A stretch of 63,576 bases of DNA, counting the filler, from Stramenopiles sp. TOSAG23-3 (lineage: Eukaryota): assembly GCA_900128585.1 (NCBI GenBank). It is 12 parts of 12 records of this genome, joined end to end, with 100 filler letters (N's around TTAATTAATTAA, not from the genome) between each part and the next. Parts side by side here need not be neighbours in the genome. Positions count along the whole stretch, not along the records: positions 24,622 to 32,701 come from LT643069.1; positions 32,802 to 40,870 come from LT643070.1; positions 40,971 to 49,029 come from LT643071.1; 9 more parts are not named here. One strand, given 5' to 3'. Position 1 is the first letter of the stretch, and every line of letters starts with the position of its first letter. The notes under the pieces are model-generated. The model was not told where the DNA came from and did no database searches. It was given only the letters and a program-made list of their open reading frames with translations. A program made the translations under genes and the position numbers. This document shows positions 32,638 to 41,807 of the stretch, piece after piece.

Positions 32638-32701
32638 CCGATTATAGCTCAGTTGGTAGAGCGATTGACTGTAGATCAATTGGTCACTAGTTCGATTCTG
32701 G
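32638..32701 (+). tRNA. trnY: tRNA-Tyr(GTA), intronless, 3' end cut by contig end
   Basis: Identical to the copy at 24622-24685. Confidence 0.93.
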
Positions 32702-32892
32702 NNNNNNNNNNNNNNNNNNNNNNNNNNNNNNNNNNNNNNNNNNNNTTAATTAATTAANNNNNNNNNNNNNNNNNNNNNNNNNNNNNNNNNNNNNNNNNNN
32801 NGCGATTTTTCAGTATTTAGTACAAAAGGCATGAGACAGTTCGAGCTTACTCCAGCTCTGTCACCGCACCATCATTCTTAGCGACAGAGGTT

Positions 32893-33714
32893 TTACTTTT
32901 GTTTCAGAAACTGTAAAACTACATTCGACATAAACTCCACTGCCTCCTCTTCTTGCTTTATCTTTTCGAGATCATCGTCATGGCCCTCTCTTAATTGATC
33001 ACGAAGCAGATCTATTTCTTTGTTTAATGTTGCAACAGTTCTTTCATGTCTATCGCGCAACAAAAGGGCCTCTGCACTACTTTCCTTTTTCTTGCTACTT
33101 TCTGGCGACGGGGTCTTCTTCTTGGTGAACTCAACTTTAAGTTTCCTCAACTCTTGGTCATGTTGTCGGCGCGTCTGCTGTATCTCTTTTCTTAGTTTTG
33201 CTGCAGAATGAACGTGGCGAACTATGGCCGCACGTGATTCTTCCAGTTCAGCTTTCATGTTAAAAAATTTAATTTTTCTCATTGCGCCATTATTGCTTTC
33301 TTCGCTATCGGAATTGCTCTGCAGTTCAATCTCAGGCGGATCGCTAAACTCTCTAATACGGTTCTGGATTTCGCCTGGCAGACTCTGCCCAGAAGGGCTA
33401 AGAATAAGAACACGCTCGTTTTTGTTGCCATCGGTGTTATCATCTTCGACGTTACCACTTTCCACGATTTCTTCAGATTCAGATGGGCCACAATGTGCGT
33501 CCAGCAGAGCATTCAGTGATTTTACAGCACTACTGAGTTCATGAGATTCCGTGGTGGCCTTGCTCATCATATACGACCGCCGCCGCTCTTTTGTTCTTGG
33601 GGGAGTTTTTAATGCATCCGAGACAATAGCATGAAGCGCTCTTCTAGAGTCACTAAAGGAGACCAGGTTAACAATCGATTCTTCCGAATTAACCGTTCGG
33701 GGGGAGTCCGCCAT
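32893..33714 (-). CDS. Coiled-coil hypothetical protein
   Basis: Coding-like ORF from MADSPRTV with a heptad-rich C-terminal half. Confidence 0.7.
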   Translation of the reverse strand: MADSPRTVNSEESIVNLVSFSDSRRALHAIVSDALKTPPRTKERRRSYMMSKATTESHELSSAVKSLNALLDAHCGPSESEEIVESGNVEDDNTDGNKNERVLILSPSGQSLPGEIQNRIREFSDPPEIELQSNSDSEESNNGAMRKIKFFNMKAELEESRAAIVRHVHSAAKLRKEIQQTRRQHDQELRKLKVEFTKKKTPSPESSKKKESSAEALLLRDRHERTVATLNKEIDLLRDQLREGHDDDLEKIKQEEEAVEFMSNVVLQFLKQK

Positions 33715-34258
33715 AGTTGAACGATATAAAATAAACGCGCCGAAGAAAAAACCAGTGTCGTTTCCGTCAGCAGGTTTCAAGTCACTGAAAATAGCAAAAG
33801 CCCCCTCTTTTTCTCTGCTGTTTATTAACTTTTTCTTTTCCAATCATGCATTTCATGATCATGATTGATGGTATACGTGCATTAAAAACAAAAAATTGGC
33901 TGTATATATACATGCATTTTCATTCGTTATTAAAGAAATTCTAACTTATTATGCATCGTGATGATATATCGGTAAGATAATGTCAATAATTATTTAGACG
34001 ACACACACATAAGATATAAAAAAAAGAGGGAAGGAGCAGGAAAATACAAGTAAAAAAGAAGAAGAAAAGTATGGGACGTGTTAAAAAATAATTTAATACT
34101 TAAATAACAGCCAATTTTCTTGTTTTTATATTAAGAGAAGTAACCACCCTTTTATTCACTTATACGCGTACACTGTTTTTTCAGAATAAGGTTTTTGGTC
34201 TCAAAATGTTTGCCGTTTTAACTAGATTTCAAGAAAACAATGCATGCTGACAAAGAAT

Positions 34259-36154
34259 TTATTTTCTTAAGCTGCTGATGTACGCATTTATGATGTTCCT
34301 AGAAGTTTGGTCCAAAGAGTTTTTTGATCCCAAGGCTTTTGCGATGTTTTCCACGGTCTCCATTTTCAAAAAATTAGGCATGCAAAAGAGGAAATGAAAG
34401 TCGGAAATTCTGCGCTCCAAAGGCTCTGCTCTATAGCGAGACAAGAACTCATGGGCGGAGGTATCACTTTGCACTTCACCGTACTCTGCTCTATTTTCGA
34501 CTTGAAACTCTGTGTGGAAAAATAGTTGACGACTTTGGTACTTTTTCGCCGCAGTCTGCGCCAGCTCTGCAGGGTGCACGCGCACTGGGCCGCATTCAAC
34601 ATCGACCAACAAAGCTTTAGGTTCAATCGATTGCGTCGGTTGTTGCATGCTATCGACTCCATAATTTGCACTGTTCTTTGCGAGCGTCACAGCAGGCAAT
34701 ATGGAACCAGGCCGTTCCCTCACAATATTGCACTGAAAAGCATTGTCTCCACGAGCCCATATCCCAGAACTGTCTAGCACCATGCCTTGGTCACTCACCA
34801 TGAACCCCCTTGGCACTACTTCCCCCGCGATGTTTCTGGTAATGGTGACGGCCGCATAGCGGGATCTTCTGAGCCCAGTCAAAGGGTCTTTGGTCATGTG
34901 AGCATTTTGAAATTTAGCCATAAGATGGGCTTCCATGGACGTGATCGGTTGATCTCTAGGCGGGTGGGTGAAAATCCAGCCTATGTTCTCCAACCTGGCC
35001 GCCTTGGCCGTTTTCGTGATGTCTTTTTCACGCGGGTCGTGCAAAAGCCGCACTCCCCCATTCTTATCAATTCGCTGCGGAGGCTCGTATATCCCATGAA
35101 TGACCAGTTTTGTACCACCCTCCGTAACCTCATCGTCCTCGTACTTTCCATACATGAGCCCAACGCGCTGCACGAGCATTCCATTGTTCAGCCAAAAGCC
35201 AACGAAACGATTGACCTCATCTTGGTTGAAAAATTCGATGTAGTCGACGTGGCGATAATGTTGTTGGTTGATCACGAACGGGTCAGGGATAACGTTGGGC
35301 GCCCCACCTCGATTTATCACATGCGGCCTTGGTTTGCGCTCTAAATCAAACATGCCACGGCCAGTCGCGCGGAGCGCCCCACTCCTGCTCCCACTAGAAC
35401 TGCTACCAAAGCTGTTGCTGCCCGATACGGACGATCCCGCAATCCCTCGCGCCTCTAAATACTTGCCCCAGCTGACGTACCTGGGCTTTCCTGAAGCATC
35501 CATCATAGACGGTACGGCAGGATCAACAAACCCGAGGGGGTGCGCCCGATGGTTTCTTTTTCTTCTAAGTCTAGAGGCTTCTTTGGCATTTCTTCTGCGC
35601 TGCTGCTCCAAGCGGGTAGCCTTTGTTGCCGCCACAGCCTGGATGCGCCCACCGACAACGTGCACAGGCGACGTGCCCCCAAGGAGGGAGGTGCTGTGAA
35701 GCCCCTCGTTCCCAACGGCTGCGCGTATGGTGTAGTCTCCAAAGTTGGACGTCCCGTACGATTTGACGAGCCTGGAATTTGCAGTCCCAGAGGATGGGCC
35801 CGGCGTTCCGCCATCATTTCCCTCATTAGTTTGGCCCGAAGAGTTCTCTACGGACAGGTGCACTGTTTCATTTACCGGCTGTGCGTAGATCTTGTCCCCA
35901 CTCCGAAGGTTGAGCCTGGACAACGAAAGAGAGTCCTGTTCACTGTTTTCTGAACCCCCGCCAAGGAGGTTCGAGCAGTTCTTGTCTAAAAACAATGCGA
36001 TCGAGGAGGAAGATTCCGGCAGACCATCCACCCTTCTACTAAGATCACGCTTTAAATCAGCCAATGAGCAATGCTTATCAATAAACACCCGACTGATGCC
36101 CCACGGACCCTGAACCCGCACAATCAGCGTCGTGTCTTCGTACCCTTCATTCAT
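34259..36154 (-). CDS. NPL4: NPL4-family protein (UBL + MPN/NPL4 domains)
   Basis: IVRVQGPWGISRV (UBL), QHYRHVDYIEF, QRVGLMYGKY, IYEPPQ, IGWIFT, FMVSDQG, FQVENR and ISDFHFL. Confidence 0.92.
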   Translation of the reverse strand: MNEGYEDTTLIVRVQGPWGISRVFIDKHCSLADLKRDLSRRVDGLPESSSSIALFLDKNCSNLLGGGSENSEQDSLSLSRLNLRSGDKIYAQPVNETVHLSVENSSGQTNEGNDGGTPGPSSGTANSRLVKSYGTSNFGDYTIRAAVGNEGLHSTSLLGGTSPVHVVGGRIQAVAATKATRLEQQRRRNAKEASRLRRKRNHRAHPLGFVDPAVPSMMDASGKPRYVSWGKYLEARGIAGSSVSGSNSFGSSSSGSRSGALRATGRGMFDLERKPRPHVINRGGAPNVIPDPFVINQQHYRHVDYIEFFNQDEVNRFVGFWLNNGMLVQRVGLMYGKYEDDEVTEGGTKLVIHGIYEPPQRIDKNGGVRLLHDPREKDITKTAKAARLENIGWIFTHPPRDQPITSMEAHLMAKFQNAHMTKDPLTGLRRSRYAAVTITRNIAGEVVPRGFMVSDQGMVLDSSGIWARGDNAFQCNIVRERPGSILPAVTLAKNSANYGVDSMQQPTQSIEPKALLVDVECGPVRVHPAELAQTAAKKYQSRQLFFHTEFQVENRAEYGEVQSDTSAHEFLSRYRAEPLERRISDFHFLFCMPNFLKMETVENIAKALGSKNSLDQTSRNIINAYISSLRK

Positions 36155-36936
36155 TCTGTCTTCCACGAAGAAAACAATACAGCCCCGTAAACTTCTATTT
36201 AAATTAAATTACGAAACGATGAAACGGTTATCATTGCGAATGTATCTACTGTAAAACGAATGCACATACTTTAAAAACAAATATTTCGTACGGTTAAATG
36301 TACTATATAATTATTTGAACTCTCTCTCTCTCTCTCTCTCTCCTCTCAACAAACACCAAAATCAATCAATCATTCTACTTTGAGAAGATGATGATGAACG
36401 AACAAAACAATGCCAACAACAAAAAACAACCGTCATAAAAAAAAGAAGGAATTCGAGTCGAAATAATACAAAATTAATTAATTAGCTATTAATTACCTTA
36501 GTCTAGTGTATTAATAAGTACGGGTACCGCCCTGGTACGAAGAAGAATACATTATACTTTCGCAAGAAAAAAAGAAGAGGAGGACGGAGGAGGAGGAGGT
36601 AGGAGGTGGTTCAAATTATACATATTTTCAAATTTCAACAAAAAAATAATAATAAAATTTAGTCGTCGTCTATAAATAATAAATAGTCCCACAGGTTTGG
36701 GTAGTTAGTAGCTGTAGGAAAGGTTATCAATAAAATTATCAAAGAAGAAGAATGTTTAGTGTTTTTAATTGATCAAACAGATAATGCAGGTATTCTGAAC
36801 AATTACCCCTTATATTTCATTGTTGTAGCCAATTTCGAATACTAGGGTTGTTTCAAAAAACAAAAGTGAAGATTTGTTCTGGGACTGCTGTTGTCCGTTT
36901 TAAGGGGGTTTCGATCCTGTGAATTCACATTCCGAG

Positions 36937-37909
36937 ATGTTATTGCAACGCACGTTTTGTAATACTCGCAGGGCTTTTGCAAGGGCAAAAGTCGAAAAGA
37001 GGCACAAGTCAGCGGCAGAAACTACAGCAGCTGCAAAGAAGAGGCTTGGATTGGCTCTCCCTGTTCTAAATAGTCTTGTACGCGGCGCTGGTAGTGCAAA
37101 ACGGGAGTCCAAAGCAGTGTCCGAGGTCGACGCAGACGACGTAGAGCACAAATTAATTCAACTCGTCAAAGGCTGCCGGGAGGAGAAAATACTTTTTTTG
37201 GGATTAGACATTAGCTCTAGAGTAAGTGGGTACGGGATGTTGGATTCTAAAGGGCAAGGGGTAAGTTGCTCAGCTATTAAGACAGTCTCAACGGATGTGA
37301 TAGATATCGGGAATGAAATTAATTCCTTTTTAAGCTCGAACATTGATCCAATTATTTATGGGTACAAAAAGATGGGGCGTGCAGCTCAGGATTTTAAGGA
37401 CTATGAATTGAATATCATATTTGAGGATTGCATGACTAGCTTTAGCCCCGGAAAATTCAATGCACGTGGTTTGATGAAGTTGGCGCAAGTAAACGGTGTT
37501 GCACGCTACTCTACATGGCGTCATTTTGGGATTCGGCCAGCGCTAATACACCCTACCGCGGCGCGTGGATTTTTTCAACTTTTGAGAGCAAAAAAAGGCG
37601 AAGAGAAGAAAGTCAAGAAGCGCGTTTTTAACTATGTAACTCAGTACGCGCCCGATTTGCCGTGGTTGGGTTGCAATGTATGCCCGGGCAATGCATGTGA
37701 AGCATTGCATCGTCTCCGACGTTGACCTGTGGACCGACCTTGGTGTGCACCCTTCCATACTAAAAGGAGATGGTGGACGGGCTGCCTACGGCAAACCGGC
37801 AATGGAACTATTAGACAAGGCCGTTCAAGAATGGCTGAAGAGCAGGCGTGGCGATTTAGGTTTAGGTTTATCAGACGAAGAGCACAGTGCTGCAGTTCAA
37901 GAAGTTTAA
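36937..37909 (+). CDS. RuvC-like Holliday junction resolvase with probable mitochondrial presequence; frameshift or deletion near 37665
   Basis: ILFLGLDISSRVSGYG, IIFED, LMKLAQVNGV and IHPTAAR. The +1 frame continues WVAMYARAMH...EV*. Confidence 0.75.
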
Positions 37910-38007
37910 AAAAGATCAGCCCAAAAATGATACTAAGTACTTAAGAAATTAAAGAAGATTGATGAAAATTAGCAATAAGTTAAGATGATGTGAGTAATAC
38001 AATGCGT

Positions 38008-39231
38008 TCAAACACATTTTTCATAAAACAGCATGTATGCTTCGCATCGTGAAACTTCCGTATCCCAGTCTACTTCGACCACGATGCTGTCATTCGCTAG
38101 CAGCCAAACCTCACTGTCACCTTCTCCGTTCTTACTAGGAGATTTTCTATACGTAGTGTAATGCCCCACGGTTGGGGTGAGTTGAGAATGCACAATAATA
38201 GACTTGAGATCATACTTCAGTGGAGGCGCATATGCATTGCCCTCACCTTTCCGTTCGTCAAAAATCCACTCAGAATTTATGTAAATATGCTTTTCAATTG
38301 GGAACCGCGAGCTGTCTTTTTGGACACCCTTTGCTCCAAAATACTGCAGACGTTGTATGTGCAAGCAGAGCACTTGTGGACAGGACGCTAACAACAGTTG
38401 CTTTGAAGAGTTTGGTTTTGGAAACCCAAAACTCTCTAAAAAGTCGCATGCTACTGAAGTGCATTCCACTCCCTCCAACATCTCTTCGCGGAAATATTCA
38501 GACAGGTAAGCATTAATATCATTTGTCGGGGGAGAAAAAGAACTATGATATAAAAAATTCTCCCCCATTTTTCTTTCCGTGGAAGGGTACAGCGACAGGT
38601 GGCACGATTTACCCACAGATTTCAAGTCAATGTTGGCCCGTGTTTGACAGCGCTGGCAGACACGTTTGTCTATCAATTTAAAAGATATAGGAATATTTTC
38701 TTTGGACAATTTTTTCTGCACTTCCGCCAAAGTCGTACCTTTTTTAATCGGCTGCCTGGCTTTGCTAAGCCCGCTGTAGTTCTCGTATCGGAGTCTTAGC
38801 TCCAACATATCATAAAACAGATGAAGAAGCTCTAGTGAGTCCTGCTGCTCATTCACCAAAAAACTAGATTTCTTAGACTGTAAATTTTTCTTGATGTTCT
38901 GTAGAAATTTTGAAATTTTTGTAACTACTGCCACGTTCTTTACGTTGGGCACCGACAGCTGTCGAAGAAGATCGGAAAATAGATTGATAAAATCCGTGTT
39001 TAGATCTTTTGTGCAATTATCGGATCGGAAAAATGGGTCATCACCGTGCCCAGCATCGAAAGGTTTCAGCTCTTCATTTATTTTTCTGCTTTTACTTTTT
39101 TTTCCGTGCACACGCATAAATCTAACAAAGGTAGGACACGCCGCCAAAGCCTGCAAGAGTGCATTGAGGTAGCACGTGTTCCCTAAGTTCGGTATTCCTG
39201 GCACTACAGGCACAGATGAAACGAGCCCCAT
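38008..39231 (-). CDS. Ubiquitin-specific protease (C19, USP30-like)
   Basis: Cys box GIPNLGNTCYLNALLQAL, QQDSLE, LCLHIQR, His box GHYTTYR, and LANDS. Confidence 0.92.
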   Translation of the reverse strand: MGLVSSVPVVPGIPNLGNTCYLNALLQALAACPTFVRFMRVHGKKSKSRKINEELKPFDAGHGDDPFFRSDNCTKDLNTDFINLFSDLLRQLSVPNVKNVAVVTKISKFLQNIKKNLQSKKSSFLVNEQQDSLELLHLFYDMLELRLRYENYSGLSKARQPIKKGTTLAEVQKKLSKENIPISFKLIDKRVCQRCQTRANIDLKSVGKSCHLSLYPSTERKMGENFLYHSSFSPPTNDINAYLSEYFREEMLEGVECTSVACDFLESFGFPKPNSSKQLLLASCPQVLCLHIQRLQYFGAKGVQKDSSRFPIEKHIYINSEWIFDERKGEGNAYAPPLKYDLKSIIVHSQLTPTVGHYTTYRKSPSKNGEGDSEVWLLANDSIVVEVDWDTEVSRCEAYMLFYEKCV

Positions 39232-39750
39232 CTCAGCTTGCTTTTTTTCAAAAATGTGTTCACCGTGTACCCGAAAACAAACTCCCCAAATAAATTTAAT
39301 CAATTTGATTTCAAAACGCGTAGAATTCGGTGCCTTACTTCTTCAATCATTCTTTCAGTCAGTCGTTGAATGTTAATTTTTATTATTATTAGAGTAGTGG
39401 TAGTAGAATACATTAAAAAGATGATCTTTTTTTGTTGAAAAAAAAAAAAAACGACGATGATTTTTACGTTTCAATGCTAATCTTATGTTAATATTTTTCT
39501 CTCATTATTACCTGTAAATCGGCCCAGCGGGCCGACGAAAAAACAAAAAATATTATTATTATTATTTACTCGTATGGCATGCAATTCGTCACACACACAG
39601 CACAGCACAACGTATGCTGTGTTCATTCGCCTGATCATACCCACATTGTTAGACGACTAATCAATTAATCCATTTTTGCTACTCTGTTGTATTGAATTGG
39701 ATGAATGATGAAGAATAAAAAAACAGATGGATTATTATTTCAAATAATAA

Positions 39751-39911
39751 AAACAAGAAAATTGGCTGTTATTTAAGTAATTAAAATTAATGTACTGCGA
39801 GCTGAAATCTAGATTTGGACATTCTAGGTTTGCATTCCTTCATGAACTGCGAACTAATGTTTGCTTTTTTGGTTTTACTAATCGATATACCCTTGTCACT
39901 TAGTCTTGACT
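39751..39911 (-). repeat. Dispersed 3'-flank repeat, family A
   Basis: Colinear homology with 41116-41291. Confidence 0.85.
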
Positions 39912-39956
39912 CCTAATAAATTGATCAAAACTACACAGAGTAAATAGAAACTAGTT

Positions 39957-40870
39957 TCACACTTGGTTGCTCGCACTTGTCTGGTTGGCGTTTTCATTTG
40001 TATTTCTACTGCTTCGAATGTTTCTGATAGCTTTTGTAATCTTTGATTTCAGCAGTATGAGCACTTTTCCAAGACCGCGACAGCACGCGATGCTCTTGAC
40101 TTTTGTCCAGCAACAACACGCGATTAACTTACCTTTCGCCCAGCCACCACAAATAAAACATTTTTTTTTCCCTTTCTGTAATCCACGACCTGTCGCTACT
40201 TTTCCTTTCCGAAGACTATGGCTTGTGTGCGTTCTCGCTAGTTTGCCACCTCGGGCAACACGGTGACAGGCACCCTTTACGCACAAAAACGACTTTGTTC
40301 CTACATATTTTGTTTTACGCTTCATTGCTCCACCAATTTCTTTCCCTTTAATAGCCCCACTTGACGACGTCTTTCTCACACCGTAAGAAGCCCGTAGAAC
40401 GACAGTTTTCCCGAAAGAAAGTCCCTTTTTCACGCCCCATTTTAGACGCCCGGAAACCCCCGGGTTTTGCTGATAATAAATGTTCAGATTTTGCTTTTCT
40501 TTTAAAATTTTGGAGTCCAAAGCTTCCTTCTCTGCAGCGTACTTGTTTGCATTTTCTTGCCTTTCCTCGCGCAGGCTGGCGCGTGCTTCCTTTTCCGCTT
40601 TGGTATTTTCTTTTACAATTTTGTCAAGTTGGGCAGCTGCCTCCTTTTGATCCTTTTTATATTCTCGCTCATTTTCATTTTTTACTTTTTTTAAGGCTGC
40701 ATCATATTCTTCTTCCAGCCGCTTGTCCTCTTCTTTTTCGCGTTTCAGGCGCGCTTCATCGTTGCTAAGCTTTTCCTCAACATCGTCTTGCCTGTCTTGC
40801 TCCCGAGCTTCTAATCCATCCAGAATCGTCTGGTTGCGAAGAGCTTCGGCGGCCAAGCGCGCAGCTTCTG
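39957..40870 (-). CDS. Coiled-coil / basic hypothetical protein, 5' truncated
   Basis: Frame open from the contig edge; E/K-rich, then Lys/Gly/Cys-rich. Confidence 0.65.
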
Positions 40871-41115
40871 NNNNNNNNNNNNNNNNNNNNNNNNNNNNNN
40901 NNNNNNNNNNNNNNTTAATTAATTAANNNNNNNNNNNNNNNNNNNNNNNNNNNNNNNNNNNNNNNNNNNNATGGTTGCAGTAGATTTAAAAGTAGGTAGT
41001 TATGACGCAACATTCTGGATCAAGAAAGGAACTGCTATGTTGTTGAGTACTGCCGATTAAAAGTCAAACTTAGTTTTGTGCGTGAATAGAATTTCTTAAA
41101 AGTTTAAAGAAAATT

Positions 41116-41291
41116 AAAAACAAAAAATTGGCTGTTATTTAAGTAAAATTAAAATTTAGCTTTCTCATGTACCGCGAAAATGAATCTGCTCCTTTTGTCC
41201 ATTAGAGGTTTACGTTCCTTCATGTACTGCGAACTTTTCTCTGCTCTTGTGGTTTTACTAATCAATAAACCCTTGTCACTTAGTGTTGACT
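41116..41291 (-). repeat. Dispersed 3'-flank repeat, family A
   Basis: Colinear homology with 39751-39911. Confidence 0.85.
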
Positions 41292-41650
41292 ATCATTCTC
41301 ACATGTACTCCATGCATGATCCGAATCGGTATGTGGATTAGCAATGCTTTCAAATGATCCGTAATCAACTTCCTCATCCGATATCTCACTCATAGATGAC
41401 TCATTCCTTGTGTGATTTTCCAAGCAGCGGCGTAAATGTGGTTCGTTGGCGTGCCAGTTGGAGTCTCGTCCTGCTGGCAATGATATGGTTCCCTTCTTCT
41501 GATAATTGTGTCGAGGATTGTATCTCTGTGTCTTCATCCGAGGGTGGAACTACTAGGGTCAGGACGCTGCTGGATTGTATTGAGGATTGAACTACCCGAG
41601 GATTGCGGTTCTACTTCAGACTCCGAGTCCGAGCTGTCCAGAGCAGAGCT
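41280..41650 (-). pseudogene. Degenerate 3' gene fragment attached to repeat A
   Basis: Acidic Ser-rich coding-like pieces in three frames (DSSDSESEVEPQSS / PPSDEDTEIQSS / SEISDEEVDYGSF...SQH*). Confidence 0.45.
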
Positions 41651-41807
41651 TAATTAAAACTGTGAGCTTTTTTGAGTAAGATTTCATTGAATGAAGAATT
41701 CTTAAATATATTTTTATATTCGTAATTCTTAACTTCGTAAACGAAAAACTTACGACAGTACATATTTTTCTAAAGGTGCCTTCGGCGAGAGGTGATTTGT
41801 GGTGGAT

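Noticed and set aside
36937-37725. RuvC ORF as a Fanzor/TnpB or transposase
   Set aside because: It is too short, has no zinc finger or split-RuvC layout, and has no flanking TE ends; it fits a stand-alone resolvase.
39790-39850. SECIS-like ATGA...AAA in repeat A (minus strand)
   Set aside because: No complementary helix II or GA quartet was found, and there is no in-frame TGA selenoprotein upstream.
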